DNA of 64,000 nucleotides from NCBI GenBank assembly GCA_033580815.1, contig JAVQUC010000001.1, positions 29,259-93,258 on the forward strand, read 5' to 3'. The stretch comes from Candidatus Caldarchaeum sp. GTDB lineage: Archaea > Thermoproteota > Nitrososphaeria_A > Caldarchaeales > Caldarchaeaceae. The notes below the pieces were generated by a model. That model was not told the origin of the DNA and did not search any database. It was given only the letters and a program-made list of their open reading frames with translations. Position numbers and translations under genes: made by a program. This document shows, in pieces, positions 28,896-41,108 of the stretch. Each line of letters opens with the position of its first letter. The first letter of the stretch is position 1.

Positions 28896-30030
28896 CGACA
28901 ACTTTTTCGTGTGTTTCGCCTGGTTTAATCAGGTATTTGCGGCCTCGCCAAACTACAGTGGGGTTTGTCGCCGCCTTGACCAAAGCCGTCAAGGCCGCGG
29001 CCATTATGGCAGCTACTCCAACCGGCCACAGAAAACCGTTGAAAAAGCTTGAGGAGTGTCTCCGTGATTCAAGCCCTGCGACGACCGCTGCCGCCGCGTG
29101 CGCGGCCGCAAAAAGAACGTAGGCTTCGGCAATGATTGTCAGAATGGGAATAGCGAGACAGACGGACGTTAAAACGGAAAAAACAATAACTGTTCTCAGA
29201 GGGTTTTTTAAGGAGAGAGGGAGGAAAATTCGTATCATACCATGCCACAGCGAACGCGAATCATCGTTCCATGAAGACAAAAGCCTGTCAAAAGCCTTGA
29301 ACAACTCGGCGCGCAATGAAGCCCTCTTCGCTGCTAGTGCAAGCGCACGGTCCTCGAGCACCGCGTCCCTAACAGCGTAATGGCCTCCGATTCGTTCGTA
29401 AGCCTCCCGTTTCACGAGAATGAAACTGCCGAAGGCAAACGCGGACTTTCCGTATTTTACCAAATGAGGCTTGCCAAATACGTAGAAGCCCGTCAAAAGA
29501 ATGGGCATCGCCAGCCGATGTAGTGCACTGTTCATCCTGAATCTCGGGTAGATCGAGACAAACTCTAACCCATTCTGCTTCGCGGTGTTGACGGCATGCA
29601 TGACCACCTCAGGGGAAAACTCCGAGTCGGCGTCTGTGAATAGAAGCCATTCACCCGTGGAATTCAAGTATCCTACGTGACACGCCCAGCTTTTCCCCAT
29701 CCAGCCATCCGGTGTACGGCCGGCCGGAACAGCCTTGACACCTACGCTGTTGAACTTCTGCAATATTTGCCATGTGTTGTCTGTTGAATTGTCATCTACG
29801 ACGATGATTTCTTTCTTCACTCCGACAAGATTGAGGACACTTGTGAGACATCTCCGGATGTTGTTTTCCTCGTTGCGGACAGGTATGATGACCGAAACTT
29901 TGCAGTCGGTAGGCTCGTTGAGGTAAGGTAAGTCGACGGTGTTGTTCAAAATTTTCTTACTGACTAAATAGATCACCAGCCAGGCGACCACGAATGCGGC
30001 GGAGGCTAAAATGGCCAGTTCTTCGATCAA
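28885..30030 (-). CDS. Family 2 glycosyltransferase with N- and C-terminal TM segments
   Basis: VSVIIPVRNEENNI and VVDDNSTDNT, with FTDADSEF as the DxD-like region. Confidence 0.85.
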   Translation of the reverse strand: MIEELAILASAAFVVAWLVIYLVSKKILNNTVDLPYLNEPTDCKVSVIIPVRNEENNIRRCLTSVLNLVGVKKEIIVVDDNSTDNTWQILQKFNSVGVKAVPAGRTPDGWMGKSWACHVGYLNSTGEWLLFTDADSEFSPEVVMHAVNTAKQNGLEFVSIYPRFRMNSALHRLAMPILLTGFYVFGKPHLVKYGKSAFAFGSFILVKREAYERIGGHYAVRDAVLEDRALALAAKRASLRAELFKAFDRLLSSWNDDSRSLWHGMIRIFLPLSLKNPLRTVIVFSVLTSVCLAIPILTIIAEAYVLFAAAHAAAAVVAGLESRRHSSSFFNGFLWPVGVAAIMAAALTALVKAATNPTVVWRGRKYLIKPGETHEKVVVIS

Positions 30031-30083
30031 TTTCTATGCCTGAGTAAATCTTATTACATGGTTCTCGTTAAATAGGTATCGAA

Positions 30084-30662
30084 ATGTCGGACGATTGGTG
30101 GTTCAGCCGTAGAAGAAGGAGGCCTTTCAGTATCTTCGAAGAGTTCGAAAGCATGTTTGAGGAGATGCAGCGTGAATTCATGGAAGAGGTGAAACGCATT
30201 ATGGACAGTCTGCCCAAAGATTTGATTAAAGAGACACGGACGCCGACGGGCGTGAGACGGCAGTATGGGCCTTTCATCTACGGATACTCGATAACAATAG
30301 GTCCTGACGGGAAACCGGTTTTCAGACAATTCGGTAACGTGTCCCCGGCGGCCCTACCCCGCGGAGTCGAGGTTAAGCCCGAACGGGAGCCTCTGGTTGA
30401 TGTTTTTGAGGAGGATAAGGCTATAAAGGTTGTCGCAGAAATACCCGGAGTTAGGAAAGAGGACATCGACTTAACCGTTGACGGAAACACGTTAACCGTG
30501 AAGGTTGACACAGAGGAGCGGAAATATTACAAAGAGGTCGACCTACCGGTTGAAGTACTGACGACCGGCGTCAAGGCCACCTATAACAACGGAGTGCTCG
30601 AAGTCATTTTGCCGAAAAAAGAAACAGGTAAAGCTAGAGGCGAAAAAATAAAAGTTGAATGA
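30084..30662 (+). CDS. Small heat shock protein (Hsp20/alpha-crystallin)
   Basis: ACD core: PLVDVFEEDKAIKVVAEIPGVRKEDIDLTVDGNTLTVKV...ATYNNGVLEVILPK. Confidence 0.9.
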   Translation: MSDDWWFSRRRRRPFSIFEEFESMFEEMQREFMEEVKRIMDSLPKDLIKETRTPTGVRRQYGPFIYGYSITIGPDGKPVFRQFGNVSPAALPRGVEVKPEREPLVDVFEEDKAIKVVAEIPGVRKEDIDLTVDGNTLTVKVDTEERKYYKEVDLPVEVLTTGVKATYNNGVLEVILPKKETGKARGEKIKVE

Positions 30663-30712
30663 GTCGTCGATACATGGTTAAATAAGACGGCAGCAAATAA
30701 TCAACAAAGAAA

Positions 30713-33647
<2,935 letters not shown>

Positions 33648-33698
33648 GAATAGACCAATCATACATTCCTTTTTTATCATCCTGCTCAGAGGCAATTT

Positions 33699-34181
33699 TT
33701 GATGAACAGAATGCTATTGGTCTCGGCGGTTTTAGCCTCATTAACGATCCTCGTAACGGGTCTCGCCGTCGTAAACGCCGCAAACCCAACCACCGGCCAC
33801 AGAGGCGCTCATCGATGGGGTCCTCCCATGCTCAATCAATCGCAGACAACCGCGTCGGAAAGCGTCATCGAAGGCGTTTTGACCGATGCTGACTGGGCAT
33901 ACATAGAAGTCAAATCCGGCCAAACGACATACCTGGTCGCCGCACCGCGTATTTGGCAGTTGAACGGCCGAGCGACTTCCTTCTTCAAGCTATTCGCGGA
34001 AGACCAGCTCAATATCGGAGACAACGTCAAAGTGACCGCGGTAACCATCACGTTCACGAAGCCGAACGGTGCAACGGTTACGATAACATACGCGAAACAC
34101 ATCGTCGACTTAGATACAGGAGTAGAAGTAACAGCATTGAGACGACCCGATGTGCAACAGCCGTTCCCGAACAACACTTAA
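33699..34181 (+). CDS. Secreted hypothetical beta-rich protein
   Basis: Signal peptide MMNRMLLVSAVLASLTILVTGLAVVNA. No family recognised. Confidence 0.5.
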   Translation: MMNRMLLVSAVLASLTILVTGLAVVNAANPTTGHRGAHRWGPPMLNQSQTTASESVIEGVLTDADWAYIEVKSGQTTYLVAAPRIWQLNGRATSFFKLFAEDQLNIGDNVKVTAVTITFTKPNGATVTITYAKHIVDLDTGVEVTALRRPDVQQPFPNNT

Positions 34182-34198
34182 CCCCCAATTTTTTGGAT

Positions 34199-34831
34199 AT
34201 GTTGCCTTTCATCATAAGAATCGATATTTTGTTTGAGATTGTCAGCCTAGTCATAAGCATCGCAATATCTGCGGTCGCTCTAGTTGGAGCGAAGAAAACC
34301 GGATCACGTTCCCTGACTCTTCTTTCGTTTGGGTTCTTACTGATGGCCTTGGCGATGCTTCTCCGGGTCGTTCTGACGACTTGGGCTTTGTCTTTTCCCA
34401 TGTCGCGGCAGATGCCCTTTAGAATTTTCCCATTCCTCATACTGCAGGCCCAAGAACTAGTCTATTCCGTTGTCCGAGTGGCTGCCTACGCGGTATTCCT
34501 TTACCTCTACTCCTCGTACTCCGTGTCAAAGCCCCAGCCGAGCCTCGTCCTTGTCGCGGTCACCCCATCCCTGATATACAACCCATTCTTCGAAGCTGTT
34601 TCTGCCCTAATCATCTCGATCATAATCATCCAGCTCTGGAAATCTCGGATGGTAGGTGATTCGACATACGTGATGTACGGTTTTCTCTTGCTTATGATCA
34701 GCCACGTTTTGTTTCTAGCCTTGCCTCTTTGGTTGATGCTCTATTTCGTGGCCCAGCTCCTACAACTCATCGCACTGCTTTTTTTCCTAGTCGCCGTGCT
34801 GTCGGTGCTGTTCCGTGGTCAAAGACTATAG
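34199..34831 (+). CDS. Hypothetical polytopic membrane protein (about 6 TM)
   Basis: The internal ATG (MLPFIIRIDILFEIVSL...) of ORF 33953-34831 is taken as the start. The upstream part of that ORF overlaps the preceding gene and is not hydrophobic. Confidence 0.5.
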   Translation: MLPFIIRIDILFEIVSLVISIAISAVALVGAKKTGSRSLTLLSFGFLLMALAMLLRVVLTTWALSFPMSRQMPFRIFPFLILQAQELVYSVVRVAAYAVFLYLYSSYSVSKPQPSLVLVAVTPSLIYNPFFEAVSALIISIIIIQLWKSRMVGDSTYVMYGFLLLMISHVLFLALPLWLMLYFVAQLLQLIALLFFLVAVLSVLFRGQRL

Positions 34832-35090
34832 GTCAAAAGCAAGAATTTTCGCCGACATCATAGAGTCAGTGTCACAGCAGGGCCATGCCAGACCAACAAA
34901 AATCATGGTTGACGCGAACCTCTCCTATGACAGGCTTACAAAATACTTGGAACTCCTGCTGGAAAAAGGCCTTATCACAAAGTCGACGAACAGCGAAACC
35001 CTATATTCTGTCACTGAGAAAGGCCTGACCTACCTCAACGAGTACAAACGTTTTGAGAAGTTTGCGGCCGCTTTCGGGCTCCGCTTATAG
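34815..35090 (+). CDS. Small winged-helix DNA-binding protein (archaeal HTH_45-like)
   Basis: IFADIIESV...PTKIMVDANLSYDRLTKYLELLLEKGLI...YSVTEKGLTYL. It overlaps the upstream membrane gene by 17 nt. Confidence 0.6.
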   Translation: MVKDYRSKARIFADIIESVSQQGHARPTKIMVDANLSYDRLTKYLELLLEKGLITKSTNSETLYSVTEKGLTYLNEYKRFEKFAAAFGLRL

Positions 35091-35091
35091 T

Positions 35092-35298
35092 TCATCTCTG
35101 TTGTTCTTGTTGTTGAAACCTCCGTTTGACGATGCGAATCTTGCACAGCAGCGAATCACCGTCCTTTATCTCAAAAATCTTCCTTATCTCCTCCGGAATT
35201 GTTATCCTCCCACCTGCAGTTACCTCCGCGAAAAAAGGAATGTCTTCTTCTGAAATTTCCACCATTATTCCACCTCGGATATCCGGAAAACGGGTCAT
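35092..35298 (-). CDS. AbrB/SpoVT family DNA-binding protein
   Basis: Swapped-hairpin motif GGRITIPEEIRKIFEIKDGDSL. There is no adjacent PIN or toxin gene. Confidence 0.7.
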   Translation of the reverse strand: MTRFPDIRGGIMVEISEEDIPFFAEVTAGGRITIPEEIRKIFEIKDGDSLLCKIRIVKRRFQQQEQQR

Positions 35299-35306
35299 TT
35301 ATATTT

Positions 35307-36281
35307 TCATTCCGCCTTGGCTGGCCCACCGACGGAGGAAACGAATGTTCTGAAACCGAGGTCCTCTACGGCGGCCTTCACATTGGCGGTGTCCTCTGGG
35401 AGCGTGTTGATGAATACCGTAGGCCCCGTTTGCATCGAAAAGTAGCATCGCAACCCTTCTTTCCGTAATTCCTGAACGAGGGCCACAACCCTCCAACTAT
35501 CGGGAGTCGCGAGGATCATCCGTCTAGGCCCAGTCGAGGTCACGGCGTGAAGCTCAAGGGCGTCGAGTTCAACAAGCTCTCCGAATTCAATGAAGTCTCC
35601 TTGTTTGATGGCTCGCTCGAGCTGGTCGCATCTTCTCTGCGCAGACTCTACACGGGCCCAGAAAAAAGAAGAGGCTTCCGCCTCCCTGTGGGCGTCCTCG
35701 GTTTTGAAATCGACGTATAGGGGAACGACTACTACACGGATGTCGAAGTCCTTTCTTTCAGCAATGCAAACGGCGTAGGAATCTTCATCCGACGAGCCCG
35801 CAAACCATCTGGCAAAATAGCCTACAACACTTCTGCAAGCAGAGCCGGCAAGCCTTCTTGCGATACGCGAAAGGAGCTTATAGTCCATCCCGTATTGCTC
35901 GTCAAGCCGCGCCGCTTTGTATGCCGCTGCCGCGAGCGCTGCTCCGGCGGATGATGAGAAGCCGAGGCCCTTTACCGCGCCTTTCGGGATAGAGTTTTTT
36001 GAGAACATTCGGAAGTTTTCCTCTATGCCTGCGAGGTGCTTGACGTAGTTGACAACTGACTTCACCCTCTCTAGCTCCCGACCCTTCAGAGTTTCTCCGT
36101 CAACTACGGCTATGTCTTCCCCGAAATTCCCGAACTCTATCTCGGTTTCAGTGGTGAAAGCCTCTAAGTTGACCGATATGCTGTCGTGGTAAGGGATCCT
36201 CAAACTCCAGTCCTTCAGGCCATGATACTTAACCAGTCCTTCCATCGGATGTGCTACAGCGCGTGCCTTCAAGTTTTCCAA
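35307..36281 (-). CDS. Diphosphomevalonate decarboxylase family (GHMP) protein; exact substrate is uncertain
   Basis: VKYHGLKD, GLGFSSSAGAALA (GHMP motif), LAGSACRSV, MQTGPTVF. Confidence 0.75.
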   Translation of the reverse strand: MENLKARAVAHPMEGLVKYHGLKDWSLRIPYHDSISVNLEAFTTETEIEFGNFGEDIAVVDGETLKGRELERVKSVVNYVKHLAGIEENFRMFSKNSIPKGAVKGLGFSSSAGAALAAAAYKAARLDEQYGMDYKLLSRIARRLAGSACRSVVGYFARWFAGSSDEDSYAVCIAERKDFDIRVVVVPLYVDFKTEDAHREAEASSFFWARVESAQRRCDQLERAIKQGDFIEFGELVELDALELHAVTSTGPRRMILATPDSWRVVALVQELRKEGLRCYFSMQTGPTVFINTLPEDTANVKAAVEDLGFRTFVSSVGGPAKAE

Positions 36282-36283
36282 CC

Positions 36284-37447
36284 CTAGACGAACTTGACGG
36301 AGTTAAACCGCTTCGCTAAAGAAACGACAACTTTCCGGACATTCTCCCCTTCGATAGCACGGCTAATGTAATCCGCCAATATGGTCATCTCCTTCAACCC
36401 CATTCCGCGACGGGTGACCTCGTTCGTACCCAGCCGAACACCCATGTCAGCTATGATGTTATTCTTTTCGAGCGTATCTCTTATTTTTGCCGCTTCCTGC
36501 TCGACGTAGGGGAGGTAGATTTGATGGGATCGTGTGTAGCCTAATGAGGATTTGAAGGGTTTGACGTCTCTCCTGTCGAGAGACACCGCCAGTTGGTTGG
36601 CGTTTTCAACCACTTTTTCCGCATAACGACGGCCGTGACGCTTGATTTCGTCAAGGGCTATCGCTAGGGCGGCAACACGGTTGAAGTGGATGTTATCGAC
36701 GAACTTGTGGAGAGTATTCGTGTTGATTGCCTCGAAAATCCTTTCGTCGTTTGTCAGTATCATTCCTCCTTGGGGACCGAACAGGCTTTTGTGAGTGGAG
36801 CCTAGAAGTACGTCGGCACCTTCTTTGAGGGGTTGTTGAAACAGGCCTCCGGCGATTAACCCGAGAACGTGCGACCCATCGTAGACAACGTATCCACCGT
36901 AGGAGTGGACAGCTTCAGATATTTCGCGAACCGGGATTGGATATAGAATTAGGCTGGCGCCCAACACTACGACTTCCGGTTTTTCCGCGTTTATCATCTC
37001 GACAGCTTTTTCCCGGTCGACGTTGATTTCACGTTCCGGGAGGATTAAGACCTGATATCCGAAGATTTCTGGAATCTTGTCCTTTTCAAGACCTGGGTAG
37101 CCGGCAAACTTCGGGTCAACGCTGGCAATTTTCGCTCCCCTTTTCGCTATCGCGTAAAGCGTCATCATCAAGGCCAAATGGCCGGAAAGCGGCGCAACGC
37201 TGCAAAAATCAGCTCCAAAAACCTCTTTTCCCAAATGTTCAGCCATCTCCCATATCTGATGGACTTTGCTTGTGCCGGCGTAAAATTCCGGTCGGAAAGC
37301 ATACCTTGAAGCCATGTCGGATGCAAGCGCCTGCTTCACCCGAGGACTGAGAATGTTTTCGCTGGCAATCAAGTTGATGCATTGGCTCCTGTATCGTTCA
37401 TGCTGCCTAACGACTTCGAAAGGATTTTTGGTCACATGCCTTTGCAC
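36284..37447 (-). CDS. glyA: Serine hydroxymethyltransferase-like PLP enzyme
   Basis: INLIASENILSP and the PLP-lysine context GSTHKSLFGPQGG. Confidence 0.85.
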   Translation of the reverse strand: MQRHVTKNPFEVVRQHERYRSQCINLIASENILSPRVKQALASDMASRYAFRPEFYAGTSKVHQIWEMAEHLGKEVFGADFCSVAPLSGHLALMMTLYAIAKRGAKIASVDPKFAGYPGLEKDKIPEIFGYQVLILPEREINVDREKAVEMINAEKPEVVVLGASLILYPIPVREISEAVHSYGGYVVYDGSHVLGLIAGGLFQQPLKEGADVLLGSTHKSLFGPQGGMILTNDERIFEAINTNTLHKFVDNIHFNRVAALAIALDEIKRHGRRYAEKVVENANQLAVSLDRRDVKPFKSSLGYTRSHQIYLPYVEQEAAKIRDTLEKNNIIADMGVRLGTNEVTRRGMGLKEMTILADYISRAIEGENVRKVVVSLAKRFNSVKFV

Positions 37448-37471
37448 GTTCTCCGAGAATATAGCCGTATT

Positions 37472-37921
37472 TCACGACAAGTCATATCTAGTTTCGGTTT
37501 TCACAACCCTCAAGGTGACAAGAGTGTTAATTGACAAAACGCCTTTGATTTTCTTGATGCTTTCAACTATGTCCCGGACGTGATTCAAATCACGGCCGAT
37601 GACGACGGCGATCGCATCGTAATCACCCGATAACTGGTAGATATTGTATACCTCCCGCATCCCTTTCAGTTCTTCCAGGACTTGGTCGATGACGGATGGC
37701 TCGATTTTTAGCATCAGTGCGGCGGAGTTTTTTAGCCCTAGCTTCGTGTGGTCGACCAGCACTGTCGCTCTCCTTATCACACCCATCTTCACCAGCCGGT
37801 TATACCTGAAACGAACCGTGTTTTCGCTCACCCCAAGCTTCCGTCCTATCTCAGCGAAAGAAGCCCGTCCGTCGGCGTAAAGATGTTGAAGAATCTTCAA
37901 GTCAAGCTCGTCGACGCTCAT
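37472..37921 (-). CDS. Lrp/AsnC family transcriptional regulator
   Basis: LDLKILQHLYADGRASFAEIGRKLGVSENTVRFRYNRL followed by a RAM domain. Confidence 0.9.
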   Translation of the reverse strand: MSVDELDLKILQHLYADGRASFAEIGRKLGVSENTVRFRYNRLVKMGVIRRATVLVDHTKLGLKNSAALMLKIEPSVIDQVLEELKGMREVYNIYQLSGDYDAIAVVIGRDLNHVRDIVESIKKIKGVLSINTLVTLRVVKTETRYDLS

Positions 37922-38336
37922 CTTCCCATTTCACCAGTAGCCCGTGCCCGTCAAAATTCTTGTCCAAGTCGTAAAAACGCCATCCACGGCCGACGAACCT
38001 AACCGCTGCAACAGGCCTAGGCCTGATCTTTCCACCGCAATGCGGACAGCTTATCTCAAACCTTTCGACGAACAGTTTCAGCCTCGAAATCTGCTCTGCT
38101 GTAAAAGCGGCGTAGTTTTTACTGCTGCTTTTGACCTCGATGGCCATGAGCTCACCTTTGTCAACCGCGATTATATCGGGCTTGGCCATCTTTCCGGTGC
38201 CGCTTCCCGGAGTTCTGACGGCGTAGAAACCCGCTTGACCAACTTCAAGAAACCTCCTCAGTAACCCATATTCTCCCTCGTAACCCAGCCTCGCCTTGTA
38301 ACGGGGTGAGCGGGGGTTTGAAGGTCTTTTGGGCAT
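37902..38336 (-). CDS. hjc: Holliday junction resolvase Hjc
   Basis: GYEGEYGLLRRF...AVRTPGSGTGK..KPDIIAV...LMAIEVKSS is the PD-(D/E)xK Hjc pattern. It carries an unusual CPHCGG insert. Confidence 0.85.
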   Translation of the reverse strand: MPKRPSNPRSPRYKARLGYEGEYGLLRRFLEVGQAGFYAVRTPGSGTGKMAKPDIIAVDKGELMAIEVKSSSKNYAAFTAEQISRLKLFVERFEISCPHCGGKIRPRPVAAVRFVGRGWRFYDLDKNFDGHGLLVKWEDERRRA

Positions 38337-38717
38337 TCACCTTCTATCCTCTAGTTGGATGATTTTGCGCTCTTTCTTTTCGCTCGGCGTGGAATGCCTC
38401 TCAAGGTCGTTCAGCTCGATCAGCAACGGGCTCAAGTAGACGCTGAAGGTTGACGCATTTTTCATCCATTTTCTTTCCGATGGCTTGCTAAGGTAACCGA
38501 CTTCAACCAAGTTTGAAAGGAAAGTTGATACGCTGCGTCTCTTGCTTTCATTTTTTGAAATTGATTCGGGAAGCTTCTCAGTCAATTCGGTCAAGGTGAA
38601 GGGGTTGCTCTCAATGGTTCCGATGGCCGAAAGCACTTGAATAATCTCTTCATGGGACAGAAGTCTAGTTTTCCATTTGAGCATCTGAATAACTGGATGA
38701 ATCTTTCTCATGGCCAA
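38337..38717 (-). CDS. Hypothetical winged-helix-like protein
   Basis: 126 aa; TLTELTEKL...VSTFLSNLVEVGYLSKP looks wHTH-like. It abuts hjc with no gap and sits 1 nt after the upstream gene. Confidence 0.5.
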   Translation of the reverse strand: MAMRKIHPVIQMLKWKTRLLSHEEIIQVLSAIGTIESNPFTLTELTEKLPESISKNESKRRSVSTFLSNLVEVGYLSKPSERKWMKNASTFSVYLSPLLIELNDLERHSTPSEKKERKIIQLEDRR

Positions 38718-38718
38718 A

Positions 38719-40143
38719 TCACCCCTTGAAAAACCTTTCTAGCAAAAATCCGGCCTCCACAGATATCTCTCTGCCGCATGAACTGCAGGTGGTCACCAAC
38801 GGGTCTCGTGCAGCGGCAGCGTCTTCGAGGTCCTCCCTGATTGGAAGCACCATAATTGTGTGGTTCTGACAATAGATGCATCTGAGTTTTATCTTTATCC
38901 CGCTGTCTGAATTCAGATAACTGCCTTTTTTCAAAAGCTTGAACTGCCTTACCTGCTGAGTAACCTGCTGTTCTCCCGTAGAAGCCCGTGAGGACTTCAG
39001 ACCGACTTCCGCCTTCAACTTTTCAATTTCCTCTTCCAACTGAGTCTTTTTGGCGACCGCCTCTTTGAACTCTTTCTCAAGTCTTTCAAAAACCCAACGA
39101 GGTACTAAGTCCGTCCTTATTACGGGCATAACAAGCTCGACAACACGTTTCCTAACATTCTCCATAAGAGACGGTTCCAAAGTTTTTAGCGCCGGCATCT
39201 CACCAGCTTTGATGTTGGCCAGGTTCGCGAATTGTCTAGACAACGATTCGAGGTCATCTTTACGAACGAGCTCCGGATTCTGAAGCAACATGAGCAAAGA
39301 CCTAGCGGATGTCATTTCCTCCTCCAATAGTTCAAGCGTTTCTCTTTTATGGGCTATTTCCTCATCCAGCTTTCGGAGCTCATTCTTCTTCTCCTCTATC
39401 ATGCGGAACAAGTTTTGAGAATCGGTCTTGAAGCCGTATAATGCTTCATATTCTTTGGTGAGTTGTTCGAGTTTCTGTCTCAATTCAGTTGTTTTTTGTT
39501 CGAGTTCGTTGACCTCGGCCATTAGCTTGTTTCTTAACGCTACGAGGCTTTCAACTTCTGGTGTCCATGACACTAGCTCATCAATTTTTTTCCTGTGTGC
39601 TTCTAACTCCTCCTCCGCCCTGCGCAAATTTTCGGCAACCTGGTTGTATCTGGTTTCGACTTCCACTAGTCTTCTTTCAGCTTCATCCAGTTTTTCGAAC
39701 TTTTGGTATACTTGTTTAAAGTCGGTTCCCGTCTCTGAAATCTTGGCCGCAACCTTCGCTAAGCTTTCGAGGGCCTCCACGTCAACAGAGTATTTCTTGA
39801 GAGAGTTGAGGATGGCAGCGACCTTATTGATTGTTTCCAAAGTTAGGTCGTGTTGTTTCATGTACATCAGTAAGTCTTCCTCGATCTTCCTCCTTTTTTC
39901 AAGAAGCTCTCCTATGCTGTACTCCAACTTCACGGTTTCCTTGAATTTTTTCTCGTACTCGCGTAGAAGCACTTGGTAGGACTTACCGTACTGTTTCTCG
40001 AGCTCCCTTAGCCTTATTGCCGCTTTGATGTATTTTTTAAGCTGCGCCGGCTCGAGTCCAATGTCCTTAAGAATCTCTAACGGCTGGGAATAGGTGCTTT
40101 CGACGGTGTCAACCTCTTCCGGGCTACCCTTCACTTCTGCCAT
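38719..40143 (-). CDS. Long coiled-coil protein with C-terminal Zn ribbon; function unknown
   Basis: 474 aa, heptad-rich E/K/L composition across roughly residues 40-400, ending in CIYCQN...CSSCG. No NTPase motif is visible. Confidence 0.6.
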   Translation of the reverse strand: MAEVKGSPEEVDTVESTYSQPLEILKDIGLEPAQLKKYIKAAIRLRELEKQYGKSYQVLLREYEKKFKETVKLEYSIGELLEKRRKIEEDLLMYMKQHDLTLETINKVAAILNSLKKYSVDVEALESLAKVAAKISETGTDFKQVYQKFEKLDEAERRLVEVETRYNQVAENLRRAEEELEAHRKKIDELVSWTPEVESLVALRNKLMAEVNELEQKTTELRQKLEQLTKEYEALYGFKTDSQNLFRMIEEKKNELRKLDEEIAHKRETLELLEEEMTSARSLLMLLQNPELVRKDDLESLSRQFANLANIKAGEMPALKTLEPSLMENVRKRVVELVMPVIRTDLVPRWVFERLEKEFKEAVAKKTQLEEEIEKLKAEVGLKSSRASTGEQQVTQQVRQFKLLKKGSYLNSDSGIKIKLRCIYCQNHTIMVLPIREDLEDAAAARDPLVTTCSSCGREISVEAGFLLERFFKG

Positions 40144-40289
40144 GACTACTCTGCTAACGCAACAAGCACTGATATAAGCTATAACGAGACACCGTTTTTA
40201 GAGAATATTCGAACACATGCATCGACCACATCACGGTATTATTTACGTAACATACACTTAAATAAGCTGATGACAAACAAAAGGTAGGT

Positions 40290-41108
40290 GTGATGCTTAA
40301 CGCGTATCATGTTAGTCCTTCGTTCGTTTCGTTACTGTTCTCGCCCGAACTAGCGCTACCGATTTTCTTTCTCGTGTTGCTTTTCTTGATCATTCTTTCT
40401 TCTTCCATCAAAATAGTCACCGAGTATGAGAGGGCCGTGATCTTTCGGCTGGGTAGGCTGATAGGCGTTAAAGGGCCTGGTTTGGTTGTCATTCTGCCGG
40501 TAATTGACCGACGGCGTATCATCGACCTCAGGCTAGTGACCTTCGATGTTCCGAAACAACGGATCATCACGAAAGACAACGTCACCGTGGATGTTGATGC
40601 GATAGTTTATTTCAGGGTTACGGACCCCCAGATGGCGGTCGTAAAAGTTAAAGACTATTTCATGGCTTCCGCTTTACTCGCTCAAACCACGTTGCGGGAT
40701 GTCATCGGTCAGGTCGAGCTGGACGACCTATTGACGCGTCGTGAAGAACTGAACAGACGAATTCAGCAAATCCTGGACGAAGCGACGGAGCCGTGGGGCG
40801 TCAAGGTTACTACTGTGGCTTTACGTGATGTGGTGATTCCTGAGATGATGCAGAGGGCGATCGCTAAGCAGGCTGAGGCCGAGAGGGAGAGGAGGAGCAG
40901 GATTATCGCGGCGGAAGGAGAGCTTCTGGCGGCCGAGAAGATGGCGCAGGCCGCGGATTACTACGCCCAGCACCCGATTGCGTTAAGACTGCGAGAGCTT
41001 CAGACATGGAGCGAAATTGCGCGGGAGAAGAACATGATAGTCGTGACAGAATCAGCTTCAAAAGACCTTGGAACGGTACTTGGGCTGGTGTCTTCTAAGA
41101 AAACATGA
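40290..41108 (+). CDS. SPFH/Band 7 (stomatin-like) protein
   Basis: EYERAVIFRLGR...DVPKQRIITKDNVTVDVDAIVYFRV. Confidence 0.9.
   Translation: MMLNAYHVSPSFVSLLFSPELALPIFFLVLLFLIILSSSIKIVTEYERAVIFRLGRLIGVKGPGLVVILPVIDRRRIIDLRLVTFDVPKQRIITKDNVTVDVDAIVYFRVTDPQMAVVKVKDYFMASALLAQTTLRDVIGQVELDDLLTRREELNRRIQQILDEATEPWGVKVTTVALRDVVIPEMMQRAIAKQAEAERERRSRIIAAEGELLAAEKMAQAADYYAQHPIALRLRELQTWSEIAREKNMIVVTESASKDLGTVLGLVSSKKT

Noticed and set aside
33953-34198. The N-terminal 82 codons of ORF 33953-34831.
   Set aside because: This part overlaps the secreted-protein gene in another frame and is Arg-rich and non-hydrophobic. The membrane protein plausibly starts at the ATG at 34199.
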